DNA of 64,000 bases from an uncultured delta proteobacterium (GCA_963842085.1 CAWJET010000001.1:832001-896000); one strand, 5' to 3'; shown: positions 26,885-39,403, counted from the stretch's first letter. Program-made: numbers and translations. Notes: generated from the letters alone by a model not told the origin.

Positions 26885-27775
26885 GTGATTTTCTATCTAT
26901 CGATCGCGATCATCGCCAGCGCGCTGATGGCGCTCGGGCTGCTGATGATGAAGAGCCGCTCGGCGCATCTGCCGTTGGCGGCGGGCGCGAATACGATCGG
27001 CGCGATCGTCGCATGGATTCGCGATCCCATGTGGATCGGCGGACTGGGCGTGCAGACGGCGGGCTGGGTCTGCTACGTGATTGCGGTGTCCAGGGCGCCG
27101 GTGTCGATGGTAGCAGTGATGATGCAGGGCGGAATCGGGCTGTTTGTAATCGCGTCGGTGGTAATTCTTGGCGAACGCGCGAATCGGCTTGAATGGATCG
27201 GCATCAGCGCGATCGTCTTCGGGATGCTGATGCTCACCTTGTCGCTGCGAGGCGGCGAGATTGAAGGTGCGTTCGAGCCCGCCACGCTGCTGATGTTGAC
27301 CGCGCTGCTGACCCTCGCGGGGTTGGCTCCCATGGCCGTCGCGCGGCTGAACACGAGCGGCGCGGCGGCGGCGATTCTCTCTGGTCTCGCGTTCGGCCTG
27401 GGGGCGTTGTTCACGAAGGCGATGACGCTGGAGTTCACCGCCGGTGCCACCGCTTCAATCGCGCTGCTAATCGTGTCGAATCCCTACGTCTACGGCATGC
27501 TGGCCGCGAACATCGTAGGGATCGTAATGCTGCAGAACTCGTTCCATTCCGCGCGCGCGATAATCGCGATGCCTCTATCAGGAGCGCTGTCGAACATCGT
27601 ACCGATTGTCGGCGGGATTTTAGTGTTCGGCGAACGATTGCCGGCTGACTCGATGACGGCCGCGATGCGCCTTGGCGCATTCATTTTGACGGTCACAGCC
27701 GGCGCGCTGCTGGCCGGGTCGCGCGAGCAGTTGCCGCAGGAACCCGCGGTGGTTCGGGCTGCCATCGGGAGTTAA
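26885..27775 (+). CDS. DMT-superfamily membrane transporter
   Basis: About 9-10 TMs, two half repeats ending LGER and FGER; WIGG/APVS pattern. Confidence 0.7.
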   Translation: MIFYLSIAIIASALMALGLLMMKSRSAHLPLAAGANTIGAIVAWIRDPMWIGGLGVQTAGWVCYVIAVSRAPVSMVAVMMQGGIGLFVIASVVILGERANRLEWIGISAIVFGMLMLTLSLRGGEIEGAFEPATLLMLTALLTLAGLAPMAVARLNTSGAAAAILSGLAFGLGALFTKAMTLEFTAGATASIALLIVSNPYVYGMLAANIVGIVMLQNSFHSARAIIAMPLSGALSNIVPIVGGILVFGERLPADSMTAAMRLGAFILTVTAGALLAGSREQLPQEPAVVRAAIGS

Positions 27776-27778
27776 GGG

Positions 27779-28621
27779 CTAGAAGTTCGCTTTCGGCACG
27801 GGCAGTCCGGGGACGTCGGCGCGCGCGCGGAAAATAGTTCCCTTGCGATTTGGATCGTCGGTGTTGTCGGCAGTCACCACGTAGAGATCGCGCAGGTCGC
27901 GGCCGCCAAAGACCAGGCTGGTCACCATCGTGGCAGGCAATTTGATTCGCTCAATTACTGCCCCGTCTTTCGAGAAGTGGACGACCTCGCCGACCCGCAC
28001 GGCCGCAACCCACACGCCGCCCTGCGCATCGACTGCCAGCCCGTCGGGGAACCCCTCGGGCATCTTCGCGAAGATGCGCCGGTCCTTCACGCCGCGCTCG
28101 TGCGTGACGTCGTAAACCCACACCGCGCCGGTGGTGGAATCCGAATGATAAAGGTGCTTGCGATCGGGGCTGAGACCGAGGCCGTTGCTGACCTCGATGC
28201 CGTCCCATAACTTCACCGCGCGGCCCGGGGGATCGATGCGGAACAGGCTGCCGGGAATCGGTTTGTTGTTGCTCAGCGGATCGAAGTTGATGGTGCCGGT
28301 GTAGATGCTGCCGTGATCGTCGGTCGTGAGATCGTTCATGCTGACAGGCTTGCCTTCCCAAGCGGCGAACAGGTCGCGGCTCTTGCCGCTCTTCTCGTCC
28401 CAATGAATCAGGCCGCGGCCGGTCAGCACGAGCCCGCCGCTGCGGTTGAAGATCATTCCGCCGACGCCCTTGCGTTTGGGGATCAGCGTTTCGACGTTGC
28501 CACCGGGATTGCGCCGATAAACACCGCCGTTGGGAATGTCGCTGAAGTAGCAGCGGTCGAGATCGTCGACACGCGGCGCTTCGAGCAGCCCATAGCCGCT
28601 CGCGAGCATCTCGAATTCCAT
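27779..28621 (-). CDS. SMP-30/gluconolactonase family protein
   Basis: LEAP, MND, SNGLGLSPD, PDGLAVD..GGVWVA, FGG.DLRDLYV. Confidence 0.9.
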   Translation of the reverse strand: MEFEMLASGYGLLEAPRVDDLDRCYFSDIPNGGVYRRNPGGNVETLIPKRKGVGGMIFNRSGGLVLTGRGLIHWDEKSGKSRDLFAAWEGKPVSMNDLTTDDHGSIYTGTINFDPLSNNKPIPGSLFRIDPPGRAVKLWDGIEVSNGLGLSPDRKHLYHSDSTTGAVWVYDVTHERGVKDRRIFAKMPEGFPDGLAVDAQGGVWVAAVRVGEVVHFSKDGAVIERIKLPATMVTSLVFGGRDLRDLYVVTADNTDDPNRKGTIFRARADVPGLPVPKANF

Positions 28622-28703
28622 CGCTTCGATCCTCCTTCCGCCCGTTTACCACGGTTCGCGACGCGCGGCGAGGCTGGCCTAAGCGCGAAGGTCGTCTCCG
28701 CTG

Positions 28704-31700
28704 TCAAGCCAGATCGGGCTCAATTGGCTCGACCGGCTGGGTCATGCGCGCACGGTTTTGATCTTCGAAGCGCAGCCGGCGATGGCACAGGTAGATCAAC
28801 ACCGGCTGCAGAATTCGCGTCAGCATCATGATGGCCAGCGCGCCACCAATGACGACAATCGCCAGCGGCTGCTGCGTCTGAGCGCCGATGCGGGTCGAAA
28901 GCGCTGCGGGCAGCAGGCCGAGAGCGTCAACCAGGTCGGTCATCATCGTGGCGCGCAAACGACGATCGGAGCCGGTGATGATCGACTCGACGAATGGATG
29001 TCCCTGCTCCCATAGCCCTCGGATGTAGAAGCTCAGCAGGATGCCGTCCATAACCGCGATGCCGAAAATGGAAATGAAGCCAACGCCGGCCGATACGCTG
29101 AAGGGTGTGCCGGTGATGATCAGCGCCAGAATTCCGCCGAGACATGCGACCGGAATCTGCGCCATGATGATGAAGGTGTCGATGAGCGACTGCGTGGAGG
29201 CGTAGAGAACGCCCGCGATCAGCAACAGCGCGAACGGCACCACGATCGCGAAACGGCGGTTGGCGGCCTGCAGTTCACCGTATTCGCCCGACCATTCCAG
29301 ATGAACGCCTTCAGGGAGATTGACCTCTTTTGCGATGCGCTGCTTGGCCTCCAAAACAGCGCTCTGCAAATCGCGGCCGCGGATCGAAAACCTGATCGGT
29401 ACGTAGCGTTGCAGCGCCTCGCGGTAAATGAATGAAGCGCCCTCGGCGGTCGCGATGTCGGCGACCTGGTCCAGCGGAATTTGACCGCCGGCGGGAAGGT
29501 TGACGCGGATCTGCCGGACCGCATCGAGACTCTCGCGGTACTGCGGTTTCCATCGCACAACCAGGTCGAAGCGCCGATCGCCCTCGAGCACCTGGGTGAC
29601 CGCCTGACCGCCAATCGCCGCCTGGACTACCGCGCCGACATCGCCGACGTTGAGCCCATAGCGCGCGCAAGCGGCACGGTCAGGGGTAATTTGCAAATTC
29701 GGCTGGCCCATCGACCGCAGCACTACTTCGTCGACGATGCCGGGAACTCCCCCCAGCGATTCCCTTATGTCGTTGGCAATGCGCTCATCGGTCGCAAGGT
29801 CCGGGCCGAAGACTTTGATCGCGTTTTCTCCGGCTTTTACCCCCGAGATCGCCTCATCGATGTTGTCTTCGATGTTTTGCGAGTAGCTGAAGCTCACGCC
29901 CGGAAACTGCTGCGTCAGCTTGTCGTCGATCTGCTTGACGAGCCTGGGTTTGGTGATCCCGGCAGGCCATTGATCCTCGGGCTTGAGATCGACCGAGAAT
30001 TCAATGTTGAAAAAGCCCGTGGTCTCAGTGCCGTCGTCGGGGCGGCCGAGCTGCGACACAACCGACTTGACCTCGGGGAAGCTTTTGAACACGGCGCGCA
30101 TCCGGTTGCACAGCTGGGCGCCGTGCTCGAGCGAGATGGTCAGCGGCATCGTCGCGTGGGCCCAAATGTTTCCTTCCTCGAGCTTGGGCAGGAATTGCCC
30201 GCCCAGCAGCGGGAACATCGACAGCACACCCGCCACCAGCACGGCGACCAGCGTCAACGTCAACCGCGGCCAGCGCAGCACCCGCTCGAACATCCCGTGG
30301 TAAAAGGCGGCGATCCCGGCCCAGACGGGATTGCGAATAGTTCGCATCCCGCGCGCGAAGAAGAACGAAGACAGGACCGGCGACAACGTGACCGCGAGCA
30401 AAATTGCAGTGGCCAGCGCGAACGCGTAGGTGTGCGACATGGGCGAGAAGATAGCGCCCTCGACGCCGCGCATCGTGAACAACGGCAGGAAGGCGATCAC
30501 GAAAATGATTGTCGAGAAGAACATCGGACCGCCAACTTCCTGCGCGGCGGCCAGAATTCGAAGCCGATAACTTTCGTGCGCGCGTTCGGGGGCGGTGAGG
30601 TGTCGCTCGATATTTTCCATCACGATCACGGTGGTGTCGATGATGATGCCGAAGTCGATCGCGCCCAAGGAAATGAGATTGGCGGGTGTATTGGTCACGT
30701 GCATCAGCGTGAACGCCCCGCATAGCGCAAGCGGAATGTTGATTGCGGCGATGATCGCGGCGCGCAGGTTGCCGAGAAAAAAGATCAATACCAGGAAGAC
30801 CAGCACCATCCCGATGGTAAGATTTTCAATGACGGTGTGAAGCGTGGTCTCGACCAGTTGCGTGCGGTCGTAATACGGCACGACCTTGTAGCCCTTGGGC
30901 AGAATCCCCGAGGTGTTGAGGTCGTGGACCTTGGCCTCGACGCCCTGCAGCGTTTTGAGCGTGTTGCCGTACTTGCGCATCAGGACAATGCCGGTGACGA
31001 CCTCGTTCTGATCGTCCTTGCCGACAATTCCGAGCCGTGGCGCGTAGCCGACCTCGACGCTGGCGACGTTCGATACCTTGATCGGAGTGGACTTGCTGGC
31101 ATTGAGCACAACGTTGCGGATGTCGTCGAGACTGCGGAAAAATCCGAGCCCGCGCACGTCAAACGCCTGCTCGCCGACGCTCATATAGTTACCGCCGGAA
31201 TTCGTATTCGAGTTCTGCAGCGCCGCGATCAACGTGGACAGCGGGACCTGGTAGTAGTTCAGCTTGTGCGGATCGACTTCGACCTGGAACTGTTTCGTCA
31301 ATCCGCCGAAGCCCGAAACGTCTTCAACCCCGGGCACCGTGCGGAGTTGTTTCTCGAGGACCCAGTCCTCGATCGTCTTCTCCTTGGTCAGATCGTGATC
31401 CAGACTCTCGACCGTGTAGCGGTAAATTTCACCGATCGGATTATCGGGCGAGATTCCGGGCGTCACGCCCTGCGGCAAGGTAATAAACGACAGCCGATTG
31501 ATGGTCTCGACGCGGTCCCAGTAGTAGTCGCTGTCCCACGAAAAGTAGCAGCGAATATCCGACAGTCCGTAGAGCGAAATCGAGCGCATCGCCTCGAGGT
31601 CGCGCATCCCGGCCAGACCATATTCGGTCGGTACCGTGACCAGCTTTTCAACTTCCTCGGCGCTGAGACCGTTGGGCAGCGTCAGAACTTCGATCAGCGG

Positions 31701-31832
31701 CTGGACCGGATCGGGGTAGGCCTCGATATCCAGCTCCGAGAACGAATAAATGCCGGCCAGCAGCAGCATCAGCGCGATGCCGATAACGACAATCCGCTCG
31801 CGCAATGCCAGCGCCATCAACGATCGAATCAT
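28704..31832 (-). CDS. CusA/CzcA-family heavy-metal efflux RND transporter
   Basis: 1042 aa; IEAYPD, SLGAIDFGIIID, EGAIFSPM, FLPKLEEG, QQPLAIVVIGG. Confidence 0.93.
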   Translation of the reverse strand: MIRSLMALALRERIVVIGIALMLLLAGIYSFSELDIEAYPDPVQPLIEVLTLPNGLSAEEVEKLVTVPTEYGLAGMRDLEAMRSISLYGLSDIRCYFSWDSDYYWDRVETINRLSFITLPQGVTPGISPDNPIGEIYRYTVESLDHDLTKEKTIEDWVLEKQLRTVPGVEDVSGFGGLTKQFQVEVDPHKLNYYQVPLSTLIAALQNSNTNSGGNYMSVGEQAFDVRGLGFFRSLDDIRNVVLNASKSTPIKVSNVASVEVGYAPRLGIVGKDDQNEVVTGIVLMRKYGNTLKTLQGVEAKVHDLNTSGILPKGYKVVPYYDRTQLVETTLHTVIENLTIGMVLVFLVLIFFLGNLRAAIIAAINIPLALCGAFTLMHVTNTPANLISLGAIDFGIIIDTTVIVMENIERHLTAPERAHESYRLRILAAAQEVGGPMFFSTIIFVIAFLPLFTMRGVEGAIFSPMSHTYAFALATAILLAVTLSPVLSSFFFARGMRTIRNPVWAGIAAFYHGMFERVLRWPRLTLTLVAVLVAGVLSMFPLLGGQFLPKLEEGNIWAHATMPLTISLEHGAQLCNRMRAVFKSFPEVKSVVSQLGRPDDGTETTGFFNIEFSVDLKPEDQWPAGITKPRLVKQIDDKLTQQFPGVSFSYSQNIEDNIDEAISGVKAGENAIKVFGPDLATDERIANDIRESLGGVPGIVDEVVLRSMGQPNLQITPDRAACARYGLNVGDVGAVVQAAIGGQAVTQVLEGDRRFDLVVRWKPQYRESLDAVRQIRVNLPAGGQIPLDQVADIATAEGASFIYREALQRYVPIRFSIRGRDLQSAVLEAKQRIAKEVNLPEGVHLEWSGEYGELQAANRRFAIVVPFALLLIAGVLYASTQSLIDTFIIMAQIPVACLGGILALIITGTPFSVSAGVGFISIFGIAVMDGILLSFYIRGLWEQGHPFVESIITGSDRRLRATMMTDLVDALGLLPAALSTRIGAQTQQPLAIVVIGGALAIMMLTRILQPVLIYLCHRRLRFEDQNRARMTQPVEPIEPDLA

Positions 31833-31876
31833 CGCTTAGCCAGGGATTCCCGTTGCGACCGCCAATATTACTTGCT

Positions 31877-33016
31877 CTAGGAACTTTCTCCGTGCGCCTG
31901 GTGCCAAAGCGCGTTTACCTGGAGGGTCTCGCCGCTCACGACGCGGTCGCCGGCCTTGAGTCCGGAGACGACCCGCGCGTAGCCGGCGCGGCTCCACGAT
32001 GCGATCGAGACCTCGCGATGCTCGAAGGTGCCGGGGCTGACCTCGACGAACGCGTAATAGTTGTCAATGTCGAATACAAGGGCGTCCTGGGGGATTACCA
32101 GCGCCTCGCCGGGGCGGGTGACGATGCTGACTTTCGCGAGCATCTGCGGCTTGAGCCGCGCGCCGGGATTTTTCACCTCGCAGCGGATTTGCAGCGTGTG
32201 CGTGGTGGGATCGATGTTCGGGCTGATGCGGTCGATCACTCCGGAAAACACTTCGTCGGGAAACGCGGTCGTCACGGCCGACAGCTCCTGGCCGACGTGC
32301 ACGCGGGCGAGATCGTCCTCGTAGATGTCGCCGGTGATCCAGACGTCCTCGAGCGTGCCGAGCGTGAACAGCACGTCGCCCGGGTTGACGGCTGCTCCGC
32401 GTTGCGCCTTGTTGTCCACCACGGTGCCGCTGATAGGCGCGCGCATCCAGACCGTAGGGTCGGGCGCCGTGACGGCTTTGATGTCAGCGTCGCTCATTCC
32501 GAGCAATTCCAGTTTGCGTTTGGCGGCCAGCTGTAAGGCGCCGGCAAAGTCCGTCGAAGCACCGACTCCGGGCGCCGCGATCAGAGTCGAGGACTCATGC
32601 GCCTGGAGATACTCGGCTTCCGCGGTCATGAAGTCGGGACTGTAGAGCGCGAGTATTTTTTCCCCGCGGCGAACGTTGTCCCACTGCGAGACCCGGGTTG
32701 CCTCGATTCGCCCCTGCACGCGCGAAACGATCGTCGAGACCCGGCGATCGTCGTAGGTAATCTGGCCGGTCGTTTCCAGGATGCCCGGCAGCTCGACATT
32801 CTGCACCTCAACCATCTTGAGGCCCGGAACGTCGCCGGCATTGAACTGGAGCAGCTCGACGCCCTGCTGTCGCACCAGCCGCACCACCGGGGTTGCTTCT
32901 GCGACCGGCGCGTCACGGCCGGGCGAGTCCCCGTGGCATCCGCCGGCGACAATCGCTGCAGCTACGGCGGCTGCCAGCGCGGCGAGGGCGATGGGATTGA
33001 GGGCGAGGCGGCTCAT
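31877..33016 (-). CDS. RND efflux periplasmic adaptor (MFP, CusB/CzcB-like)
   Basis: Lipoprotein-like signal (AGGC); LYSPD, RAPISGTV, IDPTTHT, LKPQM. Confidence 0.9.
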   Translation of the reverse strand: MSRLALNPIALAALAAAVAAAIVAGGCHGDSPGRDAPVAEATPVVRLVRQQGVELLQFNAGDVPGLKMVEVQNVELPGILETTGQITYDDRRVSTIVSRVQGRIEATRVSQWDNVRRGEKILALYSPDFMTAEAEYLQAHESSTLIAAPGVGASTDFAGALQLAAKRKLELLGMSDADIKAVTAPDPTVWMRAPISGTVVDNKAQRGAAVNPGDVLFTLGTLEDVWITGDIYEDDLARVHVGQELSAVTTAFPDEVFSGVIDRISPNIDPTTHTLQIRCEVKNPGARLKPQMLAKVSIVTRPGEALVIPQDALVFDIDNYYAFVEVSPGTFEHREVSIASWSRAGYARVVSGLKAGDRVVSGETLQVNALWHQAHGESS

Positions 33017-34290
33017 TGATGCAACGGTGCTCCAATGGCCTGCTCGAGTGAAACTTCGCCGGCCAGAAATTGATTTGCCGCCTGCAAGTAACTCACGCGC
33101 GCACCGAATTCGCTTTGCAGCACAGTCGAGAGGGTCACGAAATCGATTTTACCAGACTGATAGGCGGTCAGCGCGACTCGAAAATTCTGCCGCGCCAGCG
33201 GAATCAGCGAATCGCGATAGAGGATCGCGGTTTCGTAGGCATACTGCGCGTTGCGAAACAGCGTGGTGACCGCCGCGGCCGTCTGGATTCTGATCAGATC
33301 CTGGTTCGAGCGCGCTGCCGCCAGGCTGGCCTTCGCTCGCGCCACATCCTCATTCTGGTGCAGCCAGAAGAAGATTGGCACATTGAAGCCAATGGAGCTG
33401 AACCAGTAGTTGAATTTGTTAGGTTGAGGCCCGGCGCTGCTGAGAGTGTACTGATCGTTGCCAATGCCGGCGGTGAAATCGGGCAGGTATTCCATCTTCG
33501 CCAGGTAGAGCGCGGTGTTCGCGCTGCGCTGCGCGAGCGCCGCTTCGAGAATCTCCTGCCGCGCCACGTAGGCGCGATCGATGAGCGCATCGAGCGGATA
33601 GTTGAGTCTTTCGAGGTTCAGCGTTCGATCCACCGACAGCGGCGAGCCTACCGGGCGATAGAGCTGCAGATTCAATGCGGTCTCATCGTTCGCAACCGCC
33701 GTCCGGTACTGGTGTTGAAGCTGGCGCGCCGCGGCGAGATCGAACTCGGCGCTTATCACGTCGGTCTGCGGCACCGCCGAGGCTGAGTAAGCCGTCTCGG
33801 CGACTCTGATCACTTGATCGAGATTCTGGACGTTCTCGGCATTGACGTCGCTCAGGGCCTGATCGAGTACCAACTGAAAATAGCCGGTCTCCGTCGCGGC
33901 GCGGACGTCGCGGACTGTTGCGGCGAGCATAAGATGGGCAATTTCCGCGGCATCGATCGCTTGATCGCGCTGATGGAACGCCTTGCCCGGAAACTGAAAG
34001 GATTCGGTCAGGCTGAATGAGTGCAAGGCCGGGCGACCGAACGGATTACTGACGCTGTCGGTATTCGAATAGGCAAAAATTGGATCGTTCGGCGCAACGG
34101 TCTGCTTGATCGAATGGAGCGCGGTGTCCCAATTGTAGCGGGCCGTCTTGACCTGCGGATTCGCCTCGATTGCGATTTCGACGAGCTGGGCTTCGGAAAG
34201 CGGAGCGTCCGCGGCGCGCGCGAGCGAGGCGACCGGCGCAATAGCCGCGATCGCAATCATCAGAGCACCGCCGAGCTTCATCGTTCGCAT
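33013..34290 (-). CDS. TolC-family outer membrane efflux protein
   Basis: NP..., FQFPGK, YLPDF and AYQSGKIDF OEP motifs; SD GAGGAG before ATG 34290. Confidence 0.88.
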   Translation of the reverse strand: MRTMKLGGALMIAIAAIAPVASLARAADAPLSEAQLVEIAIEANPQVKTARYNWDTALHSIKQTVAPNDPIFAYSNTDSVSNPFGRPALHSFSLTESFQFPGKAFHQRDQAIDAAEIAHLMLAATVRDVRAATETGYFQLVLDQALSDVNAENVQNLDQVIRVAETAYSASAVPQTDVISAEFDLAAARQLQHQYRTAVANDETALNLQLYRPVGSPLSVDRTLNLERLNYPLDALIDRAYVARQEILEAALAQRSANTALYLAKMEYLPDFTAGIGNDQYTLSSAGPQPNKFNYWFSSIGFNVPIFFWLHQNEDVARAKASLAAARSNQDLIRIQTAAAVTTLFRNAQYAYETAILYRDSLIPLARQNFRVALTAYQSGKIDFVTLSTVLQSEFGARVSYLQAANQFLAGEVSLEQAIGAPLHQ

Positions 34291-34493
34291 CGGAACTCCT
34301 CGGTTCACGCCGTCCATAACGATACGTCGCCGGATCGGAAAGGTTCCATCGCCGTGTCCCGGATCGGTTACATAGGCCGCGCCGGGTCTGCAATCGACAG
34401 TCAATTAAACCGGTTTGAATAGAAGACCGAAAGAACCCCTGCGGACCGCATAATGCAATGGTGCGGGAATCGGGTCGGCGCCGATCGGGCGAG

Positions 34494-35051
34494 TCAGTGG
34501 CCGGCGTTGCCGGCGACTTTGGCTTTTGCGGCTGCGCTCTGCATCGAGCGGATGTACATCACTACCTGCCAGCGCTGCTCGGGCGTCATTTCTTCAGTGT
34601 ACGAGGGCATCGCCAGGTTGCCGTCGCGGATAGTGCCGTAGATATAGCCGTCGGGAAGATCCTTGCTCGTACCAGTGACCAAATTTTTCGGGTGCTTTGC
34701 CAGGATATGCGCGACGGGGCCGTTACCCTGCGCCGATTCCCCGTGACACGGCGCGCAGTAGGTGTTGAACAGTTTTTTACCTTTCGCGAGATTTCCCGGC
34801 GTCGCCTGCAGGGGATTGTGCATCTTGATCGTCGCCTGCTCGAGGCTCATCGGCGGTTCTCCACCATGGACGGGAAGCGTATCCGCCGGAGTAACGCGCG
34901 GCGCCATGGCGAACGGCTGAATCTCAGGCCCGCGGTACATGTCGATACTCCACGGGAAACAATTGGCCGGCACGGGCACTGCCGCGAGCGCAATCGCAGC
35001 GGCGAGCATCATGCTCCCGACGCGAATCGTCCTGGCGGGCGGACCAGTCAC
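34494..35051 (-). CDS. monoheme cytochrome c (ActE-like)
   Basis: Signal peptide; DMY..., NPL.AT..NL.KG..LF..YCAPCHG, DGYIY..I..G..AMPSY (axial Met). Confidence 0.85.
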   Translation of the reverse strand: MTGPPARTIRVGSMMLAAAIALAAVPVPANCFPWSIDMYRGPEIQPFAMAPRVTPADTLPVHGGEPPMSLEQATIKMHNPLQATPGNLAKGKKLFNTYCAPCHGESAQGNGPVAHILAKHPKNLVTGTSKDLPDGYIYGTIRDGNLAMPSYTEEMTPEQRWQVVMYIRSMQSAAAKAKVAGNAGH

Positions 35052-35072
35052 GCTTCTGAAAATCTCCCGGCT

Positions 35073-35531
35073 CTACTTCTTGACGACAACCACCCCGACC
35101 ATACCGTCCTTCTCATGCGGAAGGCAAAAGTAACGGTACTTGCCCGGTACTGTGAACGTCTGGCTGTACTCGCCGCCGGGCGGGATGAAGCCCGAGTCAA
35201 ACGCCACCGCGCCCTTTGGTATCGACGTGTCCTTGGGGTTCTGGGCGATAGCGGCGTTGGTCGAGACAGCATGGATCTCCTGGCCGTCGTTAACCCATTT
35301 CACGGTATCGCCAGGTTTTATCACAACCTCTTTGGGGGTGTAGACCGGTGGCTTGTCAGTCATCTTGACTACGATTGGATTGACTGCCGCATTGGCAGGA
35401 TTGGGCAGCAGCGCGAGGGCCGCTGCGATCGCGGCGGCCGCGGCGACGATCGCGACGCGAACAACAATGCGAGCGCGCGACTTGCGCGAAGACGCCGCCG
35501 CGATACGGAAATCGATCGTGGAACTAGCCAT
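35073..35531 (-). CDS. plastocyanin/azurin-family (cupredoxin) copper-binding protein
   Basis: Signal peptide; GDTVKWVN, HAV, YFCLPHEKDGM (His/Cys/His/Met type-1 Cu site); SD AAGGAG. Confidence 0.9.
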   Translation of the reverse strand: MASSTIDFRIAAASSRKSRARIVVRVAIVAAAAAIAAALALLPNPANAAVNPIVVKMTDKPPVYTPKEVVIKPGDTVKWVNDGQEIHAVSTNAAIAQNPKDTSIPKGAVAFDSGFIPPGGEYSQTFTVPGKYRYFCLPHEKDGMVGVVVVKK

Positions 35532-35648
35532 TGCTCTCCTTCTGTCTGAGGCCGGTCTCCCGGCACTAATATTCCTCGCTCGCAGGGTCGCACAGCTTGA
35601 GCATTAGCCAAGCTCATTGGACGGTCAGCCGAGCATCACACTGTCTAA

Positions 35649-35676
35649 AGTTTAACGCTGATTTTCAGCGACGCAA
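35649..35676 (-). promoter_or_regulatory. candidate promoter with an embedded palindromic operator for the cupredoxin-RND operon
   Basis: Minus strand TTGCGT-N16-TAAACT; the spacer is the inverted repeat CGCTGA-N3-TCAGCG (35656-35670). Confidence 0.4.
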
Positions 35677-35750
35677 GAGGTCGTGCCAGCGCCTGAGCAG
35701 GCAGCTCAGCCGCGAACGACTTTCGTTAAATCTGATTTGAAAACAGCTAC

Positions 35751-38363
<2,613 letters not shown>

Positions 38364-38515
38364 GCGATCGTCAGTTTTTCCCTGCAGATTAACCTAACCA
38401 CTTTCTCGCTAAGGGCAAAGCGAAATCCACCCTTGTGCAGCGACAATCAAACCTGCGCCCGAGTGCGGGGATCGCAGTCGGGCGCAAGTACCTGCTTTTG
38501 CTGGCAGCGAACGAG

Positions 38516-39349
38516 CTAGATATTCACGATGGGCGCGGCGGGTGCGCGCACCGTGCGGCGATCCGCTCGCACGCGGCGAGTAGCCGCGGGCGCCGGCTCG
38601 AATGCGGGATGGAGTGCGGGCTCGCGGGGCGCAGCCGCCGCGCCGTTGGCCGGCTTCTGTGCGGCGATGAGGATATGGCGCCGTCCCTCGCGAATCAGCA
38701 AACCGCGGTCGGTCATCTCGGTGAGCAGCTTGCTGACCATCGGGCGTGAGCTGCCGATCATCTCGGCGAGTTCCTCCTGCGCGAGTTCGGGCAGCAGCAG
38801 CGTTCCGCGGGAATCGGGCACGCCGAAGCGCTCGGCGAGTTCGCCCAAAACAATCTCGAGCCGTTTGCGCAGCGACATTCCCAAAAACGTCGCGTAGCGA
38901 TAAACGACCGACGACCACATCGAATTGATCGCTTCGGTTATTCGGAGCAACGCTTCAGGTTCCAGCCCCTTGAGCACTTCCGAAATCTGATGACGCGTGA
39001 ACAGCGCAACGCAGGTGTTGGTCAGCGCGGTCGCCTCGAACAGCTGCGAACGCTCGCCGTCCGCGTCGGCAAAATCGGCATAGCCAACCAGGTCGCCGGG
39101 ACCGGCCAGCTCGACCAGCACGGGGTCGCTGCCGGGACGCGAGCTATGAACTTTGACCAGGCCGGTCAGCACGGCGAAGACGACGTCGGCCGGCGAGCCC
39201 ATCGTGAACAGCTCGGTGCCCTTGGGATAGCGCACCAGCATGTGGCGCTCGAGCAGCGCGGTCGCCGCCTGACGCGGCAGTCCCATCGATGAAAGCCTGG
39301 TTAGCAGCCTTTCCTGAGCCTGCGCCGAGACCTGAAGGTTCATAGGCAT
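38516..39349 (-). CDS. Crp/Fnr-family transcriptional regulator
   Basis: cNMP-binding-like domain (GLVKV, GPGDLVG) and C-terminal HTH QEELAEMIGSSRPMVSKLL. Confidence 0.9.
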   Translation of the reverse strand: MPMNLQVSAQAQERLLTRLSSMGLPRQAATALLERHMLVRYPKGTELFTMGSPADVVFAVLTGLVKVHSSRPGSDPVLVELAGPGDLVGYADFADADGERSQLFEATALTNTCVALFTRHQISEVLKGLEPEALLRITEAINSMWSSVVYRYATFLGMSLRKRLEIVLGELAERFGVPDSRGTLLLPELAQEELAEMIGSSRPMVSKLLTEMTDRGLLIREGRRHILIAAQKPANGAAAAPREPALHPAFEPAPAATRRVRADRRTVRAPAAPIVNI

Positions 39350-39403
39350 CTCCCCTACGGCTGCACCATATAACGGCCGGTGTGTGTAATTAAACCCTAC
39401 AAA

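Noticed and set aside
34494-35051. Alternative complex III operon
   Set aside because: Only an ActE-like cytochrome is present; no actA/B/C/D/F nearby
38400-38470. Possible CIRCE/HrcA operator upstream of clpB (GCACTC and TTAGC fragments)
   Set aside because: No complete TTAGCACTC-N9-GAGTGCTAA inverted repeat
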